64,000 nt of DNA from a virus (Duplodnaviria; Caudoviricetes). Location of the stretch: positions 671 to 64,670 of IMG/VR virus record IMGVR_UViG_3300033141_001125; one strand, 5' to 3'. Made by a program: the position numbers and the translations under genes. Below the pieces are notes generated by a model that saw nothing but the letters and a program-made list of their open reading frames with translations, searched no databases and was not told the origin of the DNA. Shown one piece after another: positions 46,613 through 56,427 of the stretch; the first letter of the stretch is position 1, and the number at the start of each line of letters is the position of its first letter.

Positions 46613-49600
46613 TACGCTGCCCCCATTGCCGCGCCAAGTCTCTGTGACCGTCGGTCTTCTATAAAGCCCATAAACTGTTCTGCGGCACTAGAATCATTGA
46701 TTTGTACGTCAAATGTATCACCGCCAATTGTGCGATTATCCTGTGCGCCCTGTGCAATATTTTGTGTTGTGCTTCTTAGTGAATCTCCAATTGTTCCTTG
46801 CAGGGCTGACATTTCACCAATCCAACCAATACCAACGCCTTGAGCCATTGGAGCACCAATGATATTCGCCATTACAGATGACGGTGATTGTATGCCCAAT
46901 TTAGCCTTTGCTGCTGCTATTGCGCCTTCTAGTGCAGATGTAATAGATTCAAGAACCGCACCCGCGCCCGCTGTTATTCCTCTTGCCACACCCGCTATTA
47001 AATCTTTGCCAGCTTGTACCATTGCAGCAACTTTTGTACCTATTGCGGTAACTATGCCATCAATTTTTGTTAGGATTGTTGTTTTTATTTCATCCCATTT
47101 TACGCCTATTGACGTTTTTGTTTCTTCCATTTTGGTATCTATTCCAGTTTTAGCGGTATCAAACTTTTCTTGGATCGGTGTAAATATGGCCTCTAGTTTT
47201 TCTTGAATCGCTATTGAAATTGCGTCCCAAACTTCAATTAAAGTTGTTTTGATCTCCTCGAATTTCTCACTTGCAGTTGTGGAAATAGAAGTCCATGCTT
47301 CCGAAAGAATGGTTTTTATTTCTTCCCACTTTTCACTAACGGTTGTAGAAACAGAAGTCCATGCTTCTGCAAGAGTTGTTTTTATTTCATTAAATTTCTC
47401 GCTTGCCATTGTAGAGATTGATGTCCATGTCTCTGAGAGAGTTGTTGAAATTGAAGTCCACACTTCCGCAAGTGATGTTTTAATCAATTCCCATTTCTCT
47501 GAAAGTGTTGCCACAATGCCATCCCATGCCTCAACAATAGTATTCCTTATTTGGATCCATGTTTCAAAGAGAGCCAGAGAAATTCCTGCAACAATCATAA
47601 TTACACCAGCTACCGCTTCTGCAACTCTTTCTTTAATTGCATCCCATGCCGCGCCAGCAATCAATTGCAAGTCTAACCATATTTGCGTCCAACGCGCTAT
47701 CATTTCATCAAAATCCAGGCCCATCGCCTCAAATAAACCATGCACCTTTTCCATAATAGCGTCTTGAATTGATTGCCAAGTATTAGATGCTGTCTGTTTA
47801 ATTGACTCCCACTTTTCTTGAATCCCAGTAGCAATGGCGTCAATTTTATTTTGAATAGTTACTCTTATCATCTCCCATTTATTCTGAATCCCAGTAGTAA
47901 TAGCATTAAGTTTATTTTGAATTGCAACGTTAATTGACTCCCACTTTTCTTGAATCCCAGTAGCAATGGCGTCAATTTTCTCCTGAACTGAAATCTTGAT
48001 CGCCTCCCATTTTTCTTGAAGGCTGTTTTTTATTTCGTCTACTTTTAACTTCACGCCCTCAACAAGCTCTGAGAATTTTTGCTTTACTCTTTCCCATATA
48101 ATGCCTACAACTATTGGGAAATTGTCAAGATTTTGTTTCCACAAAGCAAGTGTTTCTGGAAGTCTTTTTATCGCGTCCATAAACCACAGGATCACTGGTT
48201 CTATTGCTGTGCGGATACCAAGCCAGTCCTTTGTCCAGGCAACTGCAACTAATGTTACAAATCCAAGTAATAAAGCCAATGGCGATAGCAATGTAGTAAC
48301 CGCCGAAATTAAAAGCGGTATCGCCGCAGTTGCAAGGGCTGTAATAGCTGTTCCAAGTGCTGTTACCCCTGCTATAACCGCACCTGATGCAAGTACCGCG
48401 CCGATAGCAAGCCCAATATTGATGATTAGATCGGAGTTATCAATTAAAAAACCAAATATCTCTTCAAATATACCTGCGGCTGTATCTCTAAGCTCCATCA
48501 TTGAATCAACAATTGCCATTAGTTTTCCTGCAAATTCTTCTGGCGCAAATTGCTCAATTGTTAAACTTAGTGCTTCAAGAAAGCCAATATCACCACGTGA
48601 CAGTAAAGTTGAAAATTCCTGAAATGCAGAAATAAGATTTGAAAATGTGTTTGCTATGTCAAAAATCTTCTGTGCAGTTTCTGGTGGAACAAGTCCGCTG
48701 ATTGCAATTTTAATAGCGGTAATAGGATCAGCACCAGCTTTAAGCAGGTCTGTAAACCGTGTAAAAATTTCGATGCCTACTCCAACCGCATCGCCTATTT
48801 TTTGCCCAATTGCCTCTATTTCAGGACTGGTAACGAAATCGGATACTTTTTCAAGCACACCAGCAATAGGAGGGCCAACAGCCTCAAGAATCGGCCTGAA
48901 TAATTTTCTGCTTCCTATTTCAATAATATCAGCCGTCGTGCTCATCATACCAGAAACAGTGGTTGCCATATCAGCCGCAGCGCCAGCTGTGGTTTGCTCC
49001 GAAAGCAAGATAAACTTCTGGAAAATTGCATCTAGGACTTCCGGGGAATCTTTAGCAGTCGCATTAAAGGATTTAATGTCTAAATCCATGCCCTTGAAAA
49101 CTTTTAATGCCTCTGGTGTAAGCTCGCCAAATCGCTCTGTAGCCTCTTCTACAGAACCAGATAAATCAGTTCCTATAATTCTTGATACGTCAATACCCAT
49201 ACGCCGAAGTTGGCGTAGGTCAATTGTTGTTAATGCGCCAGCCTGTTTTAGTTGTAGGAATTGCTCTGCGGCAAATTTAATATCAGTTATGCCCATTACA
49301 GCAGAAAAGTCAAGAAATGCTGCTGTAAAGTCTTTAACTTCACCTACTGATAAACGTGCCGCCAATCCTATTTTTGTTACTTGTTCTACATCTGCGGTTT
49401 CAAATGGAGATATAATTGATAGTTTCTCAACAAACCTAAGTAAATCTTGTACTTGTGCTTTTGCAAGTCCAGATGCCTCCTCAAATGAGCGCGTTTGTTG
49501 AATTGATGTTTGTGTAATTGTGGCAAATCCACCTTCAACGCCAGATAAACGGCTTATTGTGTCAGCCGTAGATGACGTTTGACCCTCAAGTAATTTCATT

Positions 49601-50004
49601 TGCATCACTTGCAATTCTGTTAAATCAGAACCAGCCTCTCTGAATTTATTCAATCTAGCAGTTTGTTGTGCAAATTTTATTTGTGCTTTCAGCAAACTTT
49701 CTTGCTGTTTTTCAGATAGACTAGTGGCAACAGTTACGCTATTTGTAACATTTTCATACATCAAATTTTGAGCAAGCATCCCCTGCATAGACTTCTCAAG
49801 ATTTTGAATATTGCCAACTGATGTTACTGCATTTTTTGCCAGTCCGCCGATAGCCCGCCCAACTCGCTGGATTCCACCAACCAGCAAGCCGCCCACCACA
49901 AACTCACCAACGCGTTTGAGTGAGCCGCCAAGACCATCCAAAACACCAGATGCACCTTTGTCTTGTCCTTCAACTTGTATTGAAATTACATAATTTTCGC
50001 TCAT
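46612..50004 (-). CDS. tape measure protein
   Basis: 1130 aa helical, 11-residue W/F-periodic repeats, 'LGIQSPS' motif. Confidence 0.92.
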   Translation of the reverse strand: MSENYVISIQVEGQDKGASGVLDGLGGSLKRVGEFVVGGLLVGGIQRVGRAIGGLAKNAVTSVGNIQNLEKSMQGMLAQNLMYENVTNSVTVATSLSEKQQESLLKAQIKFAQQTARLNKFREAGSDLTELQVMQMKLLEGQTSSTADTISRLSGVEGGFATITQTSIQQTRSFEEASGLAKAQVQDLLRFVEKLSIISPFETADVEQVTKIGLAARLSVGEVKDFTAAFLDFSAVMGITDIKFAAEQFLQLKQAGALTTIDLRQLRRMGIDVSRIIGTDLSGSVEEATERFGELTPEALKVFKGMDLDIKSFNATAKDSPEVLDAIFQKFILLSEQTTAGAAADMATTVSGMMSTTADIIEIGSRKLFRPILEAVGPPIAGVLEKVSDFVTSPEIEAIGQKIGDAVGVGIEIFTRFTDLLKAGADPITAIKIAISGLVPPETAQKIFDIANTFSNLISAFQEFSTLLSRGDIGFLEALSLTIEQFAPEEFAGKLMAIVDSMMELRDTAAGIFEEIFGFLIDNSDLIINIGLAIGAVLASGAVIAGVTALGTAITALATAAIPLLISAVTTLLSPLALLLGFVTLVAVAWTKDWLGIRTAIEPVILWFMDAIKRLPETLALWKQNLDNFPIVVGIIWERVKQKFSELVEGVKLKVDEIKNSLQEKWEAIKISVQEKIDAIATGIQEKWESINVAIQNKLNAITTGIQNKWEMIRVTIQNKIDAIATGIQEKWESIKQTASNTWQSIQDAIMEKVHGLFEAMGLDFDEMIARWTQIWLDLQLIAGAAWDAIKERVAEAVAGVIMIVAGISLALFETWIQIRNTIVEAWDGIVATLSEKWELIKTSLAEVWTSISTTLSETWTSISTMASEKFNEIKTTLAEAWTSVSTTVSEKWEEIKTILSEAWTSISTTASEKFEEIKTTLIEVWDAISIAIQEKLEAIFTPIQEKFDTAKTGIDTKMEETKTSIGVKWDEIKTTILTKIDGIVTAIGTKVAAMVQAGKDLIAGVARGITAGAGAVLESITSALEGAIAAAKAKLGIQSPSSVMANIIGAPMAQGVGIGWIGEMSALQGTIGDSLRSTTQNIAQGAQDNRTIGGDTFDVQINDSSAAEQFMGFIEDRRSQRLGAAMGAA

Positions 50005-50207
50005 AGTTTACTTTTCCGTTTAGCAAGACGCGCCTCAATGCCAGCTACATATAAATCCCGTAACATAGGCATTACAGCAGGTTCATTTTCTAGCTGTGAC
50101 GGTGTACAATGGTACATCATCCGCAAGCGATATTTGATTAGTTCTATCGGAGGCCCACCCTTCTCAGACCACAGGTATTTTACCAGCCTCCGCCCTAACT
50201 GTTTGGG
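50001..50207 (-). other. -1 frameshift extension of tail assembly chaperone (gpGT-like)
   Basis: slippery C CCA AAC at 50201-50207; -1 frame open (…QLGRRLVKYLW…YHCTPSQL…) to a TGA overlapping the tape measure ATG. Confidence 0.8.
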
Positions 50208-50620
50208 TTTGTTGCCAGACTTATAGCATCTTGAAGTTTCTCGCGAATAAGCACAATTGCTTTGAATGGTACATCGTCGATGCTTTCATAGCTATTGACT
50301 TTTATGTATTTCCTGAAGGTCTCAAGGCTTCCGTTTTCGATGCTTGCCATGTCTCCAAAATTCATGGCCTCAATACCCAACACCTCAATATCATCCAACG
50401 GCACAGGGCTGATCATCTCGTCTATTTTTATCGCATTGATCGTTTCTAGCAATTTATCAGTGACCGTTTTAAGATGAATAATTGGTATATCTTGTGTATC
50501 TTTCCAGCCTTGTACTGAGACGCATTTATTAAGAAGTGACATCAAGCGACCGCGCTGTATATTCTCGAAGTCTCCAAGCGTCAATTTGTCCAGGTTTATA
50601 CTAACTCTGATCTCTGGCAT
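50195..50620 (-). CDS. tail assembly chaperone (internally duplicated)
   Basis: between major tail and tape measure genes. Confidence 0.75.
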   Translation of the reverse strand: MPEIRVSINLDKLTLGDFENIQRGRLMSLLNKCVSVQGWKDTQDIPIIHLKTVTDKLLETINAIKIDEMISPVPLDDIEVLGIEAMNFGDMASIENGSLETFRKYIKVNSYESIDDVPFKAIVLIREKLQDAISLATNPNS

Positions 50621-51066
50621 TATGCACGCGAGCCTTTAGTGATCGAAGGAACCTTGATTTTGAAGCCCCAAGCCATTGCGACCGGGTCTTCCGCGTCAAG
50701 CCCTGGTTCTTGGAAGCCAGAAAATACACCTGATCCTGTGGTAAACTCCGGATCGCCGGTTGTGTCATTTGGCCCATAACGCACATAAATCGCTGCACCG
50801 CAAGAGATCAACGCTTTTACCACTGTGTAACCTTCTGTAGCCAAGTCTGAATATACACCGGCCAATGCAAGTTCAAGTGGTTCATTCTTGCCGCTAGTCA
50901 AAATCGGATTGTCTCCATCTTGTGTGTATACCTCACCGGTTTTAATGGTGCTTTCTGAAGGTTCAACTTTGTCAATAACATTTGAAATGTCTGTCCAGTC
51001 GCTATTATTTGAAGATACCTCCACAAATCCACAACTTTTTCCGAAAAAATCTACCGTTTGTGTCAT
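50620..51066 (-). CDS. major tail tube protein
   Basis: position and 148-aa beta-rich composition. Confidence 0.7.
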   Translation of the reverse strand: MTQTVDFFGKSCGFVEVSSNNSDWTDISNVIDKVEPSESTIKTGEVYTQDGDNPILTSGKNEPLELALAGVYSDLATEGYTVVKALISCGAAIYVRYGPNDTTGDPEFTTGSGVFSGFQEPGLDAEDPVAMAWGFKIKVPSITKGSRA

Positions 51067-51076
51067 TTCTTACTCC

Positions 51077-51517
51077 TTATAATTCTGTTTGTATCGTGAT
51101 TGTTTCACGCTTATACTCAAGCCCACCAATAGAAACCCAGTCAATTGCACTAAATCCGTTAGGGTTGTTTGCCTCAAGACTCTTCCAATAGTCGCCATTG
51201 CACGTTTTTGCATCTAGTGCTGTATAGATCATTTGTTCTATATCATCAAGCCGATCTTCTGCTTGTGCCTCAGTCCAACTTCCACTTACTCCATACAGAA
51301 CATAAACCACAATTTGATAACGTGCTTGCAGCTTGCGCCCCTGCATTGTAAATTTTGGCCGTTGGCTTCCCAGACTAGTAACGATTACCACAACTGCCTT
51401 GCCTTCAAAATCGCCTTTGTAGTAATTGTAAACTTCTTCAACTTCACTAGCTAAAGCCGTGGTAAGAATGCTGGCTATTTCGTCGCGTTGTACTTCACGG
51501 TTTCTGTCAATTGCCAT
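51077..51517 (-). CDS. tail terminator-like protein
   Basis: position; 'AEDRLDDIEQ'. Confidence 0.6.
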   Translation of the reverse strand: MAIDRNREVQRDEIASILTTALASEVEEVYNYYKGDFEGKAVVVIVTSLGSQRPKFTMQGRKLQARYQIVVYVLYGVSGSWTEAQAEDRLDDIEQMIYTALDAKTCNGDYWKSLEANNPNGFSAIDWVSIGGLEYKRETITIQTEL

Positions 51518-51927
51518 TATTTTCTAAACCTTTTAATGAATAGTCGCGCCATTCCCACAGCGATGCGCTTACCATGAGTCTTAACCGTGTACTCATAAAA
51601 TGCACGTATGCCGCCCTTGCGTCCGGGAATAAGTCCCTGTCTATGCAAAAATGGCCCATATTTTGCCGGTCTTTGTCCGCGCGGATTGACCGCTCCCTTA
51701 TCAATATGTACAAATGCCCTGTGTTTACTCGTTTGCATTTTAATTCTATGTGAGTTTCTTAGTGCTGATGTATCCCAGGGCGTCGCAGGTATTGCCGCTC
51801 TGTGTGCCGCCGACGCACCCCATCTGACGGCTTTGTTTATTGAACTTCCCATTTTTAGATCGCGGATATGCGCAAGGTTTTCCTGTTGTGCTTTTTGTAA
51901 ACCCTTGATGCTAAACCGGATGCCCAT
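51517..51927 (-). CDS. HK97 gp10-like neck protein
   Basis: basic; 'TPWDTSALRNS' (P.DTG.LR.S-like). Confidence 0.65.
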   Translation of the reverse strand: MGIRFSIKGLQKAQQENLAHIRDLKMGSSINKAVRWGASAAHRAAIPATPWDTSALRNSHRIKMQTSKHRAFVHIDKGAVNPRGQRPAKYGPFLHRQGLIPGRKGGIRAFYEYTVKTHGKRIAVGMARLFIKRFRK

Positions 51928-52648
51928 TTTTCATATACTCTTCACGCTGTGACATCCACAATACCCACGCCTGAAAATCAAGCCCGGCAAACTCGTGTAA
52001 TGCTTGATGGCCTGAGATGACACTCATATCAACATAAGATGTAAAACCAAGTTCTGCTGCTTTGTCACAGAAGAACACGTCTTCACCCGCGCCCTTTTTG
52101 CTTTCTGGGTCACTAACAAAATACGGTTCAATCATTGTCTCTAGTACTTCACGCCGAATCAAAGTTGTGTGCATTCCTACAAATGTTGATTCTAATAATG
52201 AATCTGGTGGTGCTTCTGGTAAGATCGTTGCGCCACGAGTTAATAATTCGGGATGATCAGCCATCCATTCAATTGTTTCTTGAATCTTTGTGCGTACCAA
52301 TCCATTTTCTATGCGCTCGCCGTATATACTTGGTATGATCGGCGTTGTGCGGATAAAACACAATGCGGAAACAATTGGCGCTTTCCAAGATAACAATCTA
52401 TTCAATGTTAACGGATGTAATACTGCATCGCTATCAACAAATAATAGCCACTCCATAGACTTATCGGACAAAAATTCTTTTACGATTTTGTTGCGTGCCG
52501 TGTCAATTGGAAATGAGCGTCTATATTCGCCTACAGTGAAGTATCTAAAGCCCCTGGGCGATTTTAGCCCCACCAGAGAGCGTGTTAGCTCCCAACTTGG
52601 TAAACCGGAAATAGGGATTGCTACCATTCCCAAGCTCATATTCCGCAC
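51911..52648 (-). CDS. family 2 glycosyltransferase
   Basis: 'ARNKIV', 'LFVDSD' (DxD), 'LIRREV', 'GEDVFFC'. Confidence 0.85.
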   Translation of the reverse strand: MRNMSLGMVAIPISGLPSWELTRSLVGLKSPRGFRYFTVGEYRRSFPIDTARNKIVKEFLSDKSMEWLLFVDSDAVLHPLTLNRLLSWKAPIVSALCFIRTTPIIPSIYGERIENGLVRTKIQETIEWMADHPELLTRGATILPEAPPDSLLESTFVGMHTTLIRREVLETMIEPYFVSDPESKKGAGEDVFFCDKAAELGFTSYVDMSVISGHQALHEFAGLDFQAWVLWMSQREEYMKNGHPV

Positions 52649-53397
52649 TCCTCACACTCTATAATTTGATAGTTCTCAAAGCCCTCAAATGCTTCAATCC
52701 ATCCCACTGTATCTGTCGGCGCTATGTAATTGTGCATAAGTATAAAATTATTCAACATTTCAAGATTTGCGTCACAGCGCGCCCCGGTAAACGGATTGAA
52801 AATCCTGAAAGTAAACAAGCCCTGTATGTTCCGTGTTGCTCGTCCATATGTCCTGTCTTCCAGATCGTGAAAGACTAAAATACAGTTTTGTAAGTTAGAT
52901 ACCAGCTTGATACTTGATAATCGCCTCGCTACTGAATCATCCACGAATACAAGATCAATGTCTGAAAAGTCAAGGTCATCCACGCTCAACGAAAATTGTA
53001 CGCGCTCATCAGTTATGCCTAATTTGTCAATCCATTTTTGGTTATCATCAATTGATAGCAGCGAATATAATTCAGGAAATGCGCCGCAATTCAAAAATGT
53101 TGGCGTGCTATACAAACCGCAACCAAACTCAATGACTTTTTCAATCTCAAATATTTTTGCTAGGCCGATGAGAATTGGAATATGTGAACCGTAAGCATCT
53201 CCAACACGCCTATCCACAGATAGCGGTCTTTGCACAAGCGATTTGTAAGTTACCTTACCATATTGCTTTGTTTTATCAGTAAGCAGTACCCACCCTGCAA
53301 CATCATCAAATCTAATACAAGTTTCTGAAACATCCTCGCCGTCAAGCCATACTAAAACTTGACTATTCTCTGGATCGTCACGTGACATTTTAACCAA
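52636..53397 (-). CDS. class I SAM methyltransferase-like protein
   Basis: 'VIEFGCGLYST', 'DLVFVD', 'VFHD'. Confidence 0.65.
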   Translation of the reverse strand: MVKMSRDDPENSQVLVWLDGEDVSETCIRFDDVAGWVLLTDKTKQYGKVTYKSLVQRPLSVDRRVGDAYGSHIPILIGLAKIFEIEKVIEFGCGLYSTPTFLNCGAFPELYSLLSIDDNQKWIDKLGITDERVQFSLSVDDLDFSDIDLVFVDDSVARRLSSIKLVSNLQNCILVFHDLEDRTYGRATRNIQGLFTFRIFNPFTGARCDANLEMLNNFILMHNYIAPTDTVGWIEAFEGFENYQIIECEECGI

Positions 53398-53731
53398 GTT
53401 TCAAGTCCTCCAAAGTTAATTGCACAAAATTGACGCTATCGCTAATAATGCAGCGCATAGTTTCCATTGGTGCATTTGTGCCAGATCTTTGTGTAATCTC
53501 GGCACTTCCCGGATCAAGCGGCGTGCATTTCAAACCAGTCAAATTTGCAACTGGATCGCTTCGATTACCATCACTATCAATTGCTGGATTGCGTTTGGTT
53601 GAACAAGCCACCGTTGCTTGTCGGGCATAGCTGGCAGAACTGCCGAATCTATGCCTATCCCATTCCTCAACCGCACGGATGGGATATTCATTACCCCCTA
53701 CTACAAGCCTATCACCAGGGAGAATGTCCAT
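53390..53731 (-). CDS. head closure / head-tail adaptor-like protein
   Basis: position; 'PGDRLVVGGNEYPIRAVEEW'. Confidence 0.55.
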   Translation of the reverse strand: MDILPGDRLVVGGNEYPIRAVEEWDRHRFGSSASYARQATVACSTKRNPAIDSDGNRSDPVANLTGLKCTPLDPGSAEITQRSGTNAPMETMRCIISDSVNFVQLTLEDLKLG

Positions 53732-55639
53732 TTATACTGCCCCTACAAATCCGGCCTCGGTTAGCCGTTTCCACTGACAATGGAAATGTAATGCTCCGCT
53801 TGTGCCGGTATCAGAATACACCAGGCGCAAATAGGTAGCCGCGCCGTTTTTTGCCGTGACTTGAAAATTTGGGTCACGCCCGTCTTTTGTCGCGTCCTCG
53901 TATAACCGCACCTGAGATGAATTTTCTATGTTAATCTGTACGCCCGCGTCGTCAATTTTATGCAGGTATGTCGCCACGGGCAACGAGTTAAACGACGGCC
54001 CTGGCGAATCAGTGAGGTCTAGGGTATTTGTTTGATCGTATAATTCCAAATACCCATTGCCAATATCAGCGGCTAACACAGTTTCAACATCGGCGCTTAT
54101 TTCGGTGATAAGCACCGTTCCATAGATTCGGAACAGGTTCTCTGATGTCGGCCCGCTGGCGTCAAATGTTAACGTGTGGAATACTAGATTGTCAAAAGTG
54201 AACCCGCTCCACACGCTGGCATTATCAACATCCACTGGTGGCCCATCGCCAGCACCGCTTGAGCAATTCAGGATGGTCCAATCCTGAGACCCGGCGGCAA
54301 TGTGAAAACTGGATATTCCATGCCCGGCAGAGGTGCACCATTTAATAACGCCAGTATCCGCGCCCGCGCTTATGGATACCCCATACGTCGCCCCGGCACC
54401 TACCATGCTACTGTCTGACATTCTAACCTGCGGGGCTTGAAAATCGTAGGACTTGACGGTTTGAAAACCGCAAGCAAAATTGTTAATCATTGCGCCGGAG
54501 CCAGTCACGCGCACGCCGTATGCTCCACCGATAATTTTGCCGTGCTCAACATGACACTCAGCCCCGCTAATCAGCAAGCCAATTTCGCCCGCCGCTGGGG
54601 TAAATTTGTGCATACCAACGATAGAACACGACGCCCCGGACAGCGTGAAAACTGTTCCGCTTGCAGGGGCAACCAATGCGCCAATCTCAAATTCAATTTG
54701 CACATTATTATTACTAATATCTATCCCGACCTCAGTGTATGTGCCGGCCTTAATTTTAATTTTATCACCGTCTGATGTTAAAGCTTCTGCTGCTCCAATG
54801 GTCTTTTTTGCTGTTGTAGGAGATTTACCATCTCCGGTATCATCTGCTTGCGCAATATCTGCATACCAGATTAGTCCAGGGAAAAGCGAAGCGTGCGACT
54901 CACTACTACCACCAGCTCCTTTAATTAAAGATACTAATGAATCACCTCCAATAGTATCGCTTTTATTTCCTAGCACATCACGCATTAAAATGTTTGACGC
55001 CGAATCTACAGAAGGTGTACCATGAATAAAACCAGGAAATGGCATCATTATATAAACTGATGTATTGTCAGGGTTAACAATCCAGTTTGAATCAGTTGTG
55101 GCAACTTTTGTTGCGCCGTTGTAACCGACAACCATCCGCGCTTGATCCGCGCCTGTGCCAGCCACGATAAAAATCATCTGTCCTAAATAAAGGTTATTTT
55201 GCGCACTTGCTAAGGTGTTAAGTGTGATCGTGTCATTACTGCCGCCTTGCGCGACGCCCTCATTAACATGTGTATTTCCGGCGTCCATTACAACACAATA
55301 TTCAGAAGTGTTGTCTGGCGTAACTTTCCAATCACGATTTATATAAGCGTACTTATTTGTACCATCATACTCTGTAATACGTCTGGATTGACCTATGCCA
55401 ATGCCAGCTATAATATAAACAATTGCAGGATCATACGCGCCGTCTACAGACGACGCATTAGAATCAAGTTCAATGCGCGTGCTAGTATTTGCAGTACCCG
55501 CAGTATTAGGTGAAGTGCCATTTACAATATGATTTGTGGCATTAAGTTTTGCATAAGATATTAGTGTATCGCCATCTATTGTGTCTGACTTGCTTCCAAT
55601 TACTGCGGCCCCGCCGTCAAAAATACCATCGATGGTCAT
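53732..55639 (-). CDS. virion structural protein with internal repeats and beta-helix-like region
   Basis: duplicated 'I.AG.G..Q.R...Y.G...W...PDNTS.Y' units; 'GDGKSP.TA.KTI' pectate-lyase-like start. Confidence 0.65.
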   Translation of the reverse strand: MTIDGIFDGGAAVIGSKSDTIDGDTLISYAKLNATNHIVNGTSPNTAGTANTSTRIELDSNASSVDGAYDPAIVYIIAGIGIGQSRRITEYDGTNKYAYINRDWKVTPDNTSEYCVVMDAGNTHVNEGVAQGGSNDTITLNTLASAQNNLYLGQMIFIVAGTGADQARMVVGYNGATKVATTDSNWIVNPDNTSVYIMMPFPGFIHGTPSVDSASNILMRDVLGNKSDTIGGDSLVSLIKGAGGSSESHASLFPGLIWYADIAQADDTGDGKSPTTAKKTIGAAEALTSDGDKIKIKAGTYTEVGIDISNNNVQIEFEIGALVAPASGTVFTLSGASCSIVGMHKFTPAAGEIGLLISGAECHVEHGKIIGGAYGVRVTGSGAMINNFACGFQTVKSYDFQAPQVRMSDSSMVGAGATYGVSISAGADTGVIKWCTSAGHGISSFHIAAGSQDWTILNCSSGAGDGPPVDVDNASVWSGFTFDNLVFHTLTFDASGPTSENLFRIYGTVLITEISADVETVLAADIGNGYLELYDQTNTLDLTDSPGPSFNSLPVATYLHKIDDAGVQINIENSSQVRLYEDATKDGRDPNFQVTAKNGAATYLRLVYSDTGTSGALHFHCQWKRLTEAGFVGAV

Positions 55640-55642
55640 AAG

Positions 55643-55960
55643 TCACTTCCAAAGAATAATAGTTACAGTTGCGTCGTCAGCGGTATCGCGAATCAATTTT
55701 AAGTTCTGTATGTTTAGATTTCCGTCAACAGATAAACTTGCGCCTTCTGCAATCGGTAATCCTAAAGTTGTAGTTGGATTTGTGCCGTCAAAACTAACCA
55801 CAACGCTTTTTGCATTAGCGGATATAGTCATCTTTACAGCCGTGCTTAAGTCGGTGCTCACCCAACTCCAAGAGGCATTACTAATAGCCAGAGCCGCATT
55901 GCTGACCGTATTACCTTTCATTGCATAAGCGTTTATAATTGCTTGTTTAGTTGCTGCCAT
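55643..55960 (-). CDS. small structural protein
   Basis: 'FDGTNPTTTLG' beta-rich. Confidence 0.6.
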   Translation of the reverse strand: MAATKQAIINAYAMKGNTVSNAALAISNASWSWVSTDLSTAVKMTISANAKSVVVSFDGTNPTTTLGLPIAEGASLSVDGNLNIQNLKLIRDTADDATVTIILWK

Positions 55961-55968
55961 AGTTCACC

Positions 55969-56427
55969 TCAATAAACTGTGTCATCACCGTGTCGTGCAA
56001 AATCTAATGTAACAACACTGGTGCTAAATGTGCCTAGCCCAATACCATAATCATCTTTGATTGCATCGCGTTTATCACCAATCATTGCCCGTAGAGCATC
56101 AGAAATGTGATTAAGCTGCTCGCTGCGTGGGCCAACTGTGATCGACACAAGATAAACAGCACGATTCAAGGCCGTTTCAAGACAACGCAATTCAGCCAGA
56201 TCGAAAAAGGCATTATAGTTATCTGTTTCCAATGCCGCCATGTCTGTATCGTCAACATTGGTTATATCAACAACCCCATAGCCTAGAGTTTGCAAAGCCC
56301 AGGCTATGGGATCGTTTAAGTCCGCATTTGTGCCATCTACAGTTGTACCATCAAGCCCTAAGTCTGCGAACAATCCGCCTACACGCTTGATTAGAATTAC
56401 TTCCGCATCAGCACGAGTGATCGCCAT
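55969..56427 (-). CDS. head-tail connector-like protein
   Basis: helical, positioned after capsid genes. Confidence 0.55.
   Translation of the reverse strand: MAITRADAEVILIKRVGGLFADLGLDGTTVDGTNADLNDPIAWALQTLGYGVVDITNVDDTDMAALETDNYNAFFDLAELRCLETALNRAVYLVSITVGPRSEQLNHISDALRAMIGDKRDAIKDDYGIGLGTFSTSVVTLDFARHGDDTVY

Noticed and set aside
47150-48010. DNA repeats such as CCACTTTTCTTGAATCCCAGTAGCAATGGCGTCAATTTT
   Set aside because: Explained by the 11/22-residue periodic repeats of the tape measure protein
46859-49501. Long + strand ORFs (e.g. 48647-49501) opposite tape measure and other structural genes
   Set aside because: Antisense shadows of genuine minus-strand genes; no RBS or recognisable motifs
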